From Takakia lepidozioides (lineage: Eukaryota; Plantae; Bryophyta): a stretch of DNA of 64,000 nt. The notes beneath the pieces are model-generated. The model made no database searches, was not told the origin of the DNA, and saw nothing but the letters and a program-made list of their open reading frames with translations. Location: the NCBI GenBank assembly GCA_030704615.1, contig CM060732.1, forward strand, positions 69,688,001 through 69,752,000, read 5' to 3'. Below are positions 24,556 through 37,147 of the stretch, one piece after another. The position numbers and the translations under genes were made by a program. The number at the start of each line of letters is the position of its first letter. Position 1 is the first letter of the stretch.

Positions 24556-27420
24556 CGCACTGATCAAGTGAATTGCGATGCATTTCACATCAAGGCCTTT
24601 TTGGAATTCCCTAGACTGTCTCTGTGCCTCGCTTGCGCATGGGACAGAAGCAGGAAAATCGAAAGGGAAGAACACTTATCATTCACTACTGTCCTTTGTA
24701 CTATGATATCCGGACAGTGATAATGTAATTTATTCCTAGAAATCCACGGAGGTCTTCCCACCACCGCTTGACCCATAGTTAATTTCGGGCTGCTCAAGTG
24801 GGGAGGGCCCTGCTGTCTTTCTTGATCGATACTTACTCTTGTCCCATCGGCACTTCTGAGCTTTCCAACCCGTTGTAACTTGTATCATGTCATTTCTGGA
24901 TGCATTGTTTGAGGGAGGACCCACACTTCACGTGGGCAGGATGGAAGGTCTTTGGGCCACATTCCATCCTGCCTTCACGTTCAATATCGCATACACGCTA
25001 GACGCACCATTTGATTTGGCACAGACCCAACTCATCCATTCATGCATATCCCTTTGTTTGGGAACGTAACTACTAAGTAGCAACCCTGTCAACTGCTTCA
25101 TCGACTCTGGCAACGTCGTCTCAAAAGGCCCTGTCAACTCTCGAGTGTTTTCAACCCCATGAGCTTGCCCATACACTCTGCTAGCCTCACCCATAGTCCC
25201 AATCAACATACAAGCGCAATGTCTCAGATCCGTGTGAGTTCATCAATACACTCTGGGAGAGTCTGTACAACACTTCCCTTGCCCTTTAAAGGAAATCCAA
25301 AAGTGGAGCGTTTACAGGTCTTTGAGTTCACAACTGACTGCTGCAACTTCTCCACAAAATTCAGGTGGTGTGCAGAGCTTCTGTATGGAAATTAAGTCTG
25401 TACTGCTTCAGAGCGGGAGATTTCAAGTAATCCAAGCTCAGTCTTGACAGCATCTTGTTGGGACACATCTCATTTGAGATTAAAAGATTGCTCCTCATAT
25501 TTCAAACTGGCAGCTCACTTTTACTCTGAACTTGGATTCTGTGAGACTTGTCGGAAGCCTTCTATCTTCTCAGAAGGGGCATGTGTTATGCCCATGATCA
25601 AGCATGCGACTCTTCCCACTAGGTCAACCTTCTTTCACTGGCCTAGTTCACAGAGGAAGTGCTTATCATGGAAGTTTGGGGACAGTTTCTACTTCCATCA
25701 TTTATTTAAACCTGAAATATGACTCTGTCCATAGGTCTTGTCTTGAGATCCCCCTAAACCCTTACCTGCCTAGGTAACCACGGTACTCTCCGGCTACCTT
25801 TTAAACTGGCCATAACTTTTGTTGGGCAGCTCAGATTCAATGAATTTTGTTGAACATCCAACCAAATACTTGCTCACATCTGAACATTCTACAAACAGAA
25901 ATCATATAAAAACTCTTGTTGATTATGAGAAAGAAAAGGGATGCCATGAACTGAAAGGTTCAGATGTGTGTCCGTAAAAAACTGAAGATATACAAAGCAC
26001 TCAACCTTCAGCATTCTTATTGGCTCCACCTTCAAGATGCTCCCACTTATTCGAAAGTTCGGTAACTTTTGGTTACTCAGACAGCTATGGAACAAATTTA
26101 CTAACAATAGAACATCCAATGCTGCTGCAACAACGACACCCAAGCTCAGTACATCAAACCATTGTGAAAAGCAACACGTCTACGAACCGACTGCAAGCCA
26201 AGACAAATCATCCCACATCGCTCCATCGGGACTGTCGTAGAAAAATGAGAAGATGGACAATCCAAGAGAAGGCAGACCCCGACCCATATTCTGCGAGAAT
26301 GGACCCAGCTCCAAACTCAGCCCACATTTGTAACTAACCTGAATTCCAAGCCACAACGAAGCATCCTTCCACTGTTGTGAAATAATCTCAACAACACACG
26401 AGATCAAAGAGAGTTGAGTCCTTTGACCTTCTCTTGCAAACTGTTGCCATGGAAAAGACGAGACATCAAGACCCCTCAAATCCATAAGCCATCATCCACA
26501 TGGGCTTAAAATTGATACACAACAACAAGTTGACATACTTGAAACAGAGTGTGCATGGCAAGTACATGCATGTTTGGCTGTCAGGCAAGAATGTGTAACC
26601 AACACCTTCCAAAACAGGAGACAAAGTTAGTCACAGGCGGACCATAGCAGTCGATGTCATGTACAGGAAAACACCCTCACATAGAACCCCAGAAGACTTC
26701 ACAGGTCAAACGATTCAAAGCTCTTTTGCATAAACTGAAGTCTGCCAAAATCTGGATCTACTGTTATCTGTGGCTCATATGGGTGGAATCATTGGTGGAC
26801 AGCATGATCAAACATTCAGGCCACTGGCCGAGAATTCATTCTTCATTTGGCATCTTGCATCTTCCCAAGTTTGATCTTCCTTAACCTTTTCAGATTGATT
26901 GATGATATGTACCAGGACTTCCCATCCATATCTTGACCTGAAATCCCCACTCGGGATGTGTGTGTTCAGTGCAACCTTGTTCTTAATTAGTGTGCATTGC
27001 ATTTTACTTCTGGGCAATAGTCTGCCTACATTTAGTGTAACCAACTCACAACTCACCTGAGCAGACCAAAACTTCCAAGTTCCTGTGTGAGGGCTTAGGA
27101 CCCTCATCAAGACTTTCCTGTGCCTTGCAAGTTTATTTTTACATTCTGACACAAGACTAGCAATAATAAGTCGAGTAGATGGGATGCTTGTGAAGACCAC
27201 GCTTGTGAAGACCACACTGAAAGATTTCATAGTTTAAACCTGATCAACTCCTAACACTAGACCAGGGTCATAAGACAATGAAAAGTAGTCTGAATTGTTT
27301 AGTTCCACATGTGGGTGTCTGGCATGTAGACTTTCGGGTTTCTTATGACTGCAACATTCTTCTTAGCTTGTTCTTGAAAAAGATACATCTTTGAGACATA
27401 CACCTCCTGTGAGACCTGAT

Positions 27421-28312
27421 TTAATAGCCTCCTTTGAGATCATTGACGACATCATAGGGAATCGGAGTCACAGTCTCGAGTGTGGATGCATCCAGAACAA
27501 ACCCACCCTTGGGGCCTTGTGGCTGCCGTTTAGTAACAACGGTTTCCCCACGAGCCTTGGCCTCAGCCTTCAGCTTGTCGTTACTCTTTCGACGTTCAAT
27601 AAACTCCTCTCGGCAGCGGGACGGCTGGACATGCTCAACGCGCACATGGATGCGCTTCCGAATAATCCTGGGGCCAACCTGGAATTCAGAGTACCGACAA
27701 AACTCAGAAGCAGTCTGACCACAAAATTGTACTGTACTCAGAAACTGGAAAACCAACAGGAATCTGTGGATTGCATTTGAGACAACAATATGTGCTCATG
27801 ATTGCTTCAGGGCAAATCTAGAAAAAACAGATGACAGACATTGGACGACTTGTGCTGCTCATACTGCAACATTTTGCTTCACAGTCACACAACCTAACTC
27901 TAGGTATTGGGAGCTTAACACCCTGAGAAGACTGTTTCTTATTCTCGCACACTGGTCAGACGTTCACTTTAGCTCCTTCTCTTTCCGATGTCCTCACAAA
28001 AGCTTTTGAACGTTACAACAGAGAGCATATCATGCACATAACTTCCACAGACACCATCCATATACAAGAACCCACCTGCTTGTTAACAACTACACCAACA
28101 GCCCGCTTGGTGACATTCCAGACGATACCAGTGCGGCCATGGTAGAACTTGTGGGGCATGCCCTTGTGCACAGCGCCATTCACCTTGATGTCCACATAAT
28201 CTCCAATCCTGTAGTTTCTCAGATATGTGGTCAAGTGAATGTACCCCTTCTGTCTGAATGGCCGCGAGAACAGATCCCTGGTACGCGATCGCAATCCATG
28301 ACCTGCCGGCAT
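27421..28312 (-). CDS. RPL21: 60S ribosomal protein L21 (eL21), 164 aa
   Basis: Exons 28312-28076 and 27678-27421: [62 protein letters not shown]. Probable 5'-UTR intron ~28340-28427. Confidence 0.98.
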
Positions 28313-29342
28313 GGCTCCTGCCCTCCTCTCTCAAAGTCACTGCTCCGAGAAAGGAAAAGGAACTCGTTCGTCATGCAATTAGGGCACAATACCCTCTCTC
28401 ATGTCCCGATACAGAGGGACTCTTAACCTGGTTATGGCGCATTGACTTCCGAACAATAGAATCCTCATTCCGGCATTTGAAATCTGCATCCCAGAATATC
28501 TAGTCCCGGTGCACGAGCTTACAAGCCACGTTTAGAGATGTTTGAGACTTCCTTTGCTGGCAGCTGTGTGAGAAGATGGATCCTCTTCTTAAAAAATATT
28601 GTTCTGTTGATAGATACTGGGGAGGAAATGCAGGTGGATGCATGTTGTTTCCAAGTACATGTTCAACTTCTCTGCAAGGGTTTCTGCAGATCCTGACAGT
28701 GGTGATGCTTCCATGAATGCTTGTCTTATGCATGGCAAGCTAGATTGGTCTCTTGATGCTCAATGGAAAATTACTACATCCTCCAGGAAGAGGTAGGCAC
28801 TCTCGCCTCCTTCTGAGCCTAACAAAATGTAGAGATCATTTTGGGGTGACAAGTCATTATCATCATGTTGCAGTAGTAAGTCATCTCTGGGTGGAAAAGC
28901 TTGTTAGATTGGTTCCTCTGCATAACCTGCAACTGGGAACTGGCTAGAAGAAAGTTTTCCATAGGATTGTGTTGTGGTAGCCCTGTGCTAAGTAAGGTGT
29001 CTGTGACCAAGATGATACTGTTATCTGATTCACCCTAGAGACTTGAAGCCCCCTAGGTATGTGAATTGCTGCAAACGGCCCAATCCATAGCTGTGCAATG
29101 TGAACTCCAACATAGGCTTTCCACAGCAGAAAACTCATGTATGGTCTCCCACCTAGATACTCTAGCCGTACTCAGATGGAGAACTGTTTTCTAATGTACA
29201 AAATAGCAACTAATTTCTTCATGATGGACAATGAATGAGTAAAAAATCTCCAATTTTTTGTTCCGTTTATCCTCTTCTCCTTGAATGAGTCAAATAGCTG
29301 CAGATTAAATGGTTGGTGACTACCATCTGCGCTGGAATCAAC

Positions 29343-32300
29343 TCAGTAAGATGCTGGCCCCAGCTGCTGTGCCCCAGCCGCACTGAGCAAAGGAAGCAGC
29401 TCTCCCTTGGAATGCAAGGCCATTGTATCTGTGAAAGCAACCATCCAGTCACCAACACATTCACTACCCCACCCACACATCCATGGATCCATGTAATCAA
29501 ATAATACCATTTATGTACATCTACATACTTCTCCACATTCTAACTTGCACATTAATCCATGTCAATCCACATACTCACCAAAATTCATACCTTCGGGTCC
29601 CCCTATAGGATCAACACTACAGAACTTAGCCTGCAAACTCCCAGGCACTAGGTGAATGCCATATGTTTACACAAAATGTGCAGAAATACAGTGGCAATAA
29701 GGAACAGGCAGTGATGAGGGGGAGAAGTTTGCCATACCATCGCATCCACCAATGTGCTTGCCACCTGCAAGAATAAAGTATTATATGTTAAGAAAATAAC
29801 AGTTGGAATATAGTCTGGTCATACATTAGGGGTCCTGGAGTCTGTGGGGTTGGAACACCAGCTTAGACAACAGCCACCAAAACATTGGTTGCTGATACAA
29901 AAGCATATTGCCATGCCAGTTCCCAGGCATCCGACAATTTATAAAAAACTGGATTGGTATTTCCAGAGGACTAAAATACATCCAACCTATTGATGGAAGT
30001 CTGGCCCGTGTGGCAACTACAAGTGCATACAAGCCTGAATTGATACCCCTCTTGCAACGCATAGGGATTTGCTTGGAATCTCATATTTCTGACCTGGCTG
30101 ATTTCTTAAACAAAATAGTGTACAACAGTAATGAAGAGTTTATCTGTAAATTGGATGTCTGAGTTTATCATGGCCAGCTCAACAGAGATTGTAACAGCTC
30201 TCCCTTCCAGATGAACGGAGTGGGGCATAACACCCAGTGTTTTTATCAGACTTATCCACCCAGGGTTGCACATAGGGGAGCGCAACATTTCTTCCCGTGA
30301 CAGGCCCAAGGCAATCCTACTGGAGCTGTCAGCCACAAAACCTACAATCTGAGTGGCATGAGAACTCAGACCCGTAGTCTCTTCCTTGCAGCAGAGCCCA
30401 ATACATGCAGTCCTTTCCATTGACATGTGTAAAATCCGCACCATTAGCCCACACATTGAAACAAATTTGCCTTCTTAAGTCTGAAACAAAGAGGGATGCT
30501 TTCAACCGAAACCTGTGTAACTACAAGATTCAACATTGAGAGGTCAAAGGTAACAGGCTTTACCAATGAAGACATTGGGGACAGTTGTCTGCCCACTGAT
30601 TCTTCGCAGAGCACCCTGCAATCCTTGCTCTTCCACTGCATGCACCAGCCATACAGTAGTTTAAGCCATATTTTCCTTTTTTGTCATGTCATACCTTTCT
30701 TCAGATGCTAGTCAAGCTACTCAACCAGCTGACAGAGATGCAGACAGAGACAGAAGATATACCCATCTGATCAAGTTCGATCGCAACAATCTTCACGCCC
30801 AGCTTCTCAAACAGTCCCTTCACCATATTGCAATACCTGCCCAACATAACTCACGTCATATACTTGAGCTGAAGGTATAAAAGTCATTTCCTGTCCACCG
30901 TGTCTGGTACCCAGCACAATGCCTTGATGGACAACTGATGGAGTATCTAGACAGGAACAGGTCAAAATGTCACTACACTGTTTTACCAACATCGCCATCA
31001 ATCCTGAAATAGTCAAGGGTGTCAAATTGCCAAAACAGCATAGTCCCTGGCAGTAAGCTGCTGGAAAATTCTAACCGACAAATTGCTGGCAGTTTATAGG
31101 TTATATTTAATATCTGCTTCCTTCATTCTGATAGAGTGATGCTCAGTTCAGTGGGTCAATATCTTACCACACAGCAGGCTCTTTCACACCTTGAATTGGT
31201 GTAGCCCTTTTACACTGTGCATATGGAAAATGACAGGAAGATAACATGAAATCTGATTTCAACACCATGTCATTTGTCCCATTTGTTTTACCTTACACTA
31301 GAGAGAAATCTGCAAACTGTTCAAAAATACATATTAAGTGAAGACCCTCACCTGTGCCCGTCCCCAAAACCACCACATCAAGATGGGTGTTAGTGAGGAT
31401 GCACCAGGTGAGTAGCAGGTCTTCACAGTTGCTATCCATGTCCAACGTGCATTCTACTGTGAGCAAATTGATCAAAATAAGAACAGAGATGCGACACCAC
31501 TAAGAACCTTAATCGTTTGTGGAGTGGGACGCTGCGGCGTTCAACTTCTCAACCCTGCCTTGTTTACAATGGCATCACCTGAGAGGTGATCTCTCAGACA
31601 CAGTAAATTGACAGATTGTATTATTATTGAATTCTCTGCAACACCACTCTCACCCCTCTTTTGCCTTGTCCAAGAGAGGGATGCATGGATGCAAGGAGGT
31701 ATCAACAAAAACTCTCACAGGGTCAAATTGACTGTCAGGTTGCTCAACATTTGTGTAGATTTGACAGAAAGGGAGGGAAAAGAGGAAAAACTACAGATCC
31801 ACAAGGATCGTTGGTCTTGCAGCCTTGCAAATTACATTGACGGTCCCAGAAAAGTAAATCCTCCATATGACTGACACTCCATCTCAATCCCTAAGAAATT
31901 TTCACTTACTGACCTACTGTATCTGTGACCCCCTGAGGGAATAGTCGCCTTGAGATGCTCGGCCCCCGGAGCTGCGTGAGGTTCTAAGACAACAGGTAAT
32001 TAGGTGTTCATACTACCCGTGTAATTCAAAACCACTAGTGAGCAACGACAGTCCAGAAACAGAAGTGACAGTCTTCCAAGCAATCGTTTCGAAAACACAC
32101 AGAGAAACACGATAGTAATGTCGGCCACGCTACTGTGGCCCTCTATCGTCCCACAGATTAGAAGGCGTGTGACTGTGATTGCACTCCGGATCACACTGTA
32201 GGAACCAGAGAGCTACATTTCACCTATTTCCCGTGAAAGAGAGAGAGAAAAGTAGTCCTACCCCTTACACTTCGTAGTGGCACAATCGATTAGCAGGTTC

Positions 32301-32904
32301 TCAAATTGAACTTCAGCTAGTACAGGCACACAAGTGCACAGCGATCATTACCAGAAACCATACATGACTGCCCTTACACCGTCGAGTCCACTTCTACACT
32401 GATAGATTAACCTGCAACTCAAACCAAGTGACAATTGACAGGCGAGAAGACCACGTACGGGCACCACGACTTGGAGTACACGACAACTGGACTGGCTGCA
32501 TTCTTCGCCCTAATCAGATCATCTAGGGATTCATCCCCTCCAGCCATGCTCCTTGCCGCACACACTCCTATAGTTGCACCCTGCCTGGCATCAGAACCCT
32601 GGCAGCTTGCGAACCCTAAACCTAAACGAGCCGGCAGCCGGCTCCCTGAAGAATAGGACAATGATGAGGAAAGAGAGTAAAGAATTGAAGGTGCCAATGC
32701 CGAATTCCTGGAGGCTCGATGTGCAAGGGGCCAAAAACAAGCCGATCCGAAGACAGGGAGATGCAGAGGGCTGTACTTTAATTTTTGGCTGAATGAAACA
32801 CCATCAAGAGAGTAAGACGCACAGAGGATGGCAGAAGACGGTGACGCCATAGGTTTGCTGGAAGCTCCCGATATGCCCAATCCACTGCCCAATGCGGGCG
32901 CCAT
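29343..32904 (-). CDS. Class I glutaredoxin, plastid GrxC5/S12-like, active site WCPYC, ~234 aa
   Basis: Exons 32904-32459, 30836-30763, 30635-30564, 29764-29738, 29428-29343, phases consistent: [65 protein letters not shown]; Ser/Ala-rich N-terminal extension. Confidence 0.93.
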
Positions 32905-33334
32905 ATCCCACAACCACACGAAACCCAATTGCAGAAGAAGTCGAGGATTGGGATATGCAAAGAAGATAATCACCCACAGCAAGATGGCTCTGGCCGAGCC
33001 AGGCTCCGCACCACCGAGAGAGTCCTCTCTGTTGTTATCGTGCAGGGGGCTGAGGTGCGAGACAAGCCAAAAGCAGTCCAGGTTCGTCGCACACTGAAAC
33101 GCAACGGGGTATTACCTCCAGGGAGGCTATAAAATCAAAATCCTTGAAAATATATACGTTCTGAAAGATACTACCTCTGTATAGGTAATTTTAATGCATT
33201 CGTTGTATGTAGGCATTGACCCCAAGACCTTGCGAAACAACCTATCGTGCAGTTAAGAATGACATTCATTCAGGGCTTATAATCTCTCACTATATATTCA
33301 CTCATTTCTATATAAGCCGAGCAACCCACGCCAG

Positions 33335-33610
33335 CAGAGTTTTTTTTAAGAAATTCGGCAAGTGGCTACAGAGTTTTGCAAAAATTAGGCATATATTCTG
33401 TTCATCCATTCAAATTAGGACAGAATCATCCACATCCATATTTTCATCCATTTATATCATCCATATTTGGTGAATTCATCCATAATTATTATTATTTTTG
33501 GAGAAATTTGGCGATTTCATCCATGAAAAAACATGGAATTTTCTACAGAATATTCTTTTCTATCTTTTGAGGTCGCCATTTGGCGAAAATTTGCCAAATA
33601 AAAAATGCTG
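33335..33610. mobile_element. hAT-type MITE (276 bp)
   Basis: CAG..CTG termini with T/A-rich imperfect TIRs and a perfect 8-bp TSD CACGCCAG (33327-33334, 33611-33618). Confidence 0.85.
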
Positions 33611-33652
33611 CACGCCAGGTGCTTTGTAAAGAATTGAAAAAAAAATGTGCCT

Positions 33653-34657
33653 TGTCAGGCTAGCGAGTAACGTTATGGAGTGTAAGCCACTCGTTTCATG
33701 GTTGGTCAAACCTATGCTATGTACCCGTTATATCAGAGCAATGGAAGCTACAAGGTCTTCCAACACACCAAAAACAAACCAGGGGAAAACCAAAAATCAG
33801 CCCCAATTCACCCCCCAAAATCAAACCCCAAACACCCCCAACCCCCCCACCAAGCGGCATGCCACGGCAGGGTGTCGCTTTCAACAGCGCCCATGCGACA
33901 GGAATTTCCGTCTTGCCACGGGAGGGGGTTGCAAGAGGCGACGCCCCGCCGTCGCCACGACCCATTGTGTAGCAACGGCCGACCCCCCCTCTCCGACTGG
34001 TTTTTTTCCTTGGCGACCGAGGGGGAGAGAGGGAGAGGGACAGAGGGAGAGAGATGGAGAGGGAGAAGAGGGTGTATGAAAAAAACAAAAAAGAAGGGGG
34101 GGGGGGGGGGGGGGTGACTGAGCAGCAGCAGCTGCTCGATTAGTCCCCAACCCACATTTTTTTTGTTTTTTTTCCCTCCTCTGGCTCTGTCTCTCTCCCT
34201 CTCTGTCCCTCTCCCTCTCTCACTCTATCGTCTTCCACTCCCCTAATAAAAAATTAAAAAAAAGAGGGAGAGAGGGGGCAGAAGAGAGGGAGAGAGAGGG
34301 AGAGAGGGAGAAGGAGAGAGATCACAAGATCAGGTAAGGTTCGGATGTAGAGCTTCAAGAGACAGGCCTGACAATCCGAGATGCCCCACCAATGGCAGTA
34401 AAACTTTAAGTCAAATAGAAGCTGTAGCACCTCAAACCAAGAGCAAGCGGGCCAAAATCGGGGCTACATGCAGTAGCCAAGTCAAGACGCCATACACAAG
34501 AGGTTCCCCTTTGCCCACATCCATATCTGCAAGCTCAAGAGAATTCAAAGCAAGTAGGGATCCTCACCTGGTCCCATCACAAGCATCCACAAAAACCAAC
34601 AGGTTAATGAGGATTGTGGAACGCTTACACTCCGTAACGCTACTCGCCAACCTGGCA
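33653..34657. mobile_element. Non-autonomous TIR element (~1 kb)
   Basis: 35-bp inverted repeats 33653-33687 and 34623-34657 (5 mismatches, all transitions); internal GA/CT fold-back at ~34020-34220; no TSD identified. Confidence 0.7.
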
Positions 34658-36185
34658 CTTTATTCCACGAAATAATCCCACTCGAAATACAAAGGGTTTT
34701 TTTTTTAATTTCTTTACGTACTAATTTAGCTATGCCGGTCCTATTTGTTTTTGGGGCCTAGAGGGAGCCCCCTAAATACTAACTAAAATATTTACTATAT
34801 ATGTACAGTAGTGAGGCGAGCACCCCCTTATATAGCCCTGGGAGGTGGCGCTCCAGACTTCGATAAGACCCCTGAGGCGGTGGCGGGACCTTCCAGAAGA
34901 CCCTAGAGACACCCCCACGTGTTGTACCTTACATATATAAACCACCCTATCCTTTTACACGTTTCCACTAATTCCAACCCTACAAGAAATCTAATCTGAG
35001 CCCACATTGGCTGGCCAAATGATGCGCGTATTTCCTTACATTTCATAAATTGAACAATCTCTTTCTAGGTGTCCTACAGCCCAAGCCCACCTATCTACTC
35101 AAGAGCCCCCTTTTCTCTCGGGCCTACGTGTCCTTCCCCCGCTTTTCGACTCGCCTCTACTTCATTGTGCCAGCTTCTCACTCGCTGATTTTTCTTGGAA
35201 TGAAACTTGGGTTTACATATTGAGCTTACTGTATGGTCCCTATTAATTAATATACCTATGGTTCATGTTTATGTTTTTTATGGGGGGCCCTGCGCCTGCA
35301 GAGCCCACCATTTATTTTCTAGTAAGTGGTAACTTAGTAAGTACTAGGCAGGGGCTCTCGTTTATATACCCTCTCAGGGCAGTGGGACCCTTCTAGAAGC
35401 CCTCCGAATCGTCACACGGTGGGACATTCTAGAAGCCCTATGACATGTATGAGCCCTAGAAACCGGCATGCAACACCTTCTTACCCAATTTGCAGCCTGA
35501 ACCCTCCCCCACTTAGTAGTTGTTGGCTTCATGTCTTCTTTTTTCTTACCCCCCTTACATGATGGTTTACTAATTCAAGTCGTGGTGTAGCTTACTATAT
35601 CACCCGTTTTTTAATTCATGGACCACTCTCTAAGCCTCACACCCCCCTTCAAACCTGGCCCCCTTATTCAGTGACTCACCCTGGATATATTATTCATTAG
35701 TTTAGGGTTTCGGGTGGGGGCAGTTGTAGGTGCTTATTAAGGGAGCTTGTGGATGTGGATTCATCATCGGTGTAGACTCATATAGCCATTACGACAAACT
35801 CCGTTGCAGATGTAATTTTGGGCATAAAAATCATAGTCACACACATGCTGCAACGTCATAAAAAATATATGATGACATATAATTTGCTTGAACACATCAT
35901 TGATTAGAATGCCAAACAAGTTTCAAATAAGAGAGAGCTTAGAAGTTATACGTCAGCACCACCACTCTCTGTCGAAGCCCATCTAAGCCCAAGCCCAATC
36001 ATTGTTGTAGGAAAGCCCACTTTGCTATTTTATGCAAATTTTCACCAACCAAAGTACTTGAAATTCTATATCTCCCACATCGCAGGTCCCAAAATTATGA
36101 GACCACCTCCTCATCTAGGGGTTTCCAATGGTACTAAGCACCAGGGCTGGGGCCTCGCGGTTTGGGACATCTCAACGCTACAAAA

Positions 36186-36446
36186 TGTCATGGTTTTAGT
36201 CATGGTTAATTGGAATTACCTACTTCTAGATATTTTGGATATTCATATTTGTATCTTGTGTGTTGGGACTTCATTTGGTCTCATATGCCAAGTGAGGTGT
36301 CAAACCTCACTTCGGATGTGATAAAGGTTTTTCCTTTATGAGGGTTGAGGAGGCTCATCTTGTAGTTGAGCCTCCATGAGCCTATCTCACATCCATAACT
36401 CTGGGTTCATCTCTTTTCACATCTCTTATCACTACAAGAAGATCTG
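36186..36446 (+). mobile_element. Internally deleted copy of the TGTCATGG LTR-like family
   Basis: Colinear with 20476-20710, then jumps to the match of ~20875-20910; inserted in a repeat ending in a (CAAA)n tract. Confidence 0.75.
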
Positions 36447-36580
36447 CTAGGTACAAAAAAAAACAAAACAAACAAACAAACTACTTTGCTTCATATATTG
36501 ATATTCAACTTTTGAGCCTCCTTGAAGCCTTCTTCCTCTTGCTGGTCCTAGTTGCCACCAGCCCCAGCCAGCTTGTATTG

Positions 36581-37143
36581 GAGGTTGGGTAGCGTGTGAG
36601 CACGCTCACGCTCGAGCATGCTTTCACGAGCATAGAGGCATATTTTGCATATTAACCAAGAATCTGAAAAATACGCGATAGCGACAAAATGCGTTCACGC
36701 GAAAAAAAAAAACGAAACTATCTGAAAACCGTGCTCATGTGACAAAACTTACGAAGCTAATCGTCCAAAGCTTAACTCACGTTAGCACAAACACCCACAA
36801 ATATATCTGCCAGATCTTGAAGGTCAACAAACGTAAACAATGTGGCATTTGTTAAAACATTGTGAGTAGAACATCCCCAATAACCACCCAAAAAATGGGT
36901 TCGCTGGCGAAACTTGGGTTTCGTCAGCAAAATTGGGTTTTAATTTTTAATTGTATTTGTAGGTTTCTCCTTTCAAGCTCCTTCTATATGTTTAAAATTA
37001 TTCTTACACACCATGCATACCCTATCAATGCAGAAAGACCCTAAGTCTATTATATGTATTTCCGCTGGCATATATATGTCACCCCCCATAATAATCCTGC
37101 TTAGGCGGGTTTTTTTTTTCCTGCTCACTCCATACCAATCCTC
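36581..37143. mobile_element. Short member of a GAGGTTRGGTAGCG TIR family
   Basis: Left end matches 37148; degenerate right end CTCACTCCATACCAATCCTC. Confidence 0.5.
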
Positions 37144-37147
37144 CCTC

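Noticed and set aside
24585-26500. Short ORFs as a gene
   Set aside because: No recognisable motif or consistent exon chain; probably a decayed repeat.
27670-27672. RPL21 VGPR instead of the usual VGNR
   Set aside because: A single substitution at a position I recall as variable; the gene is otherwise intact.
27955-28035. Box C/D snoRNA in the RPL21 intron
   Set aside because: Only a variant GTGAGGA and a CTGA about 40 nt apart; no canonical C box or terminal stem.
33645-34155. Overlapping 90-144-aa ORFs
   Set aside because: Low-complexity interior of a non-autonomous TIR element.
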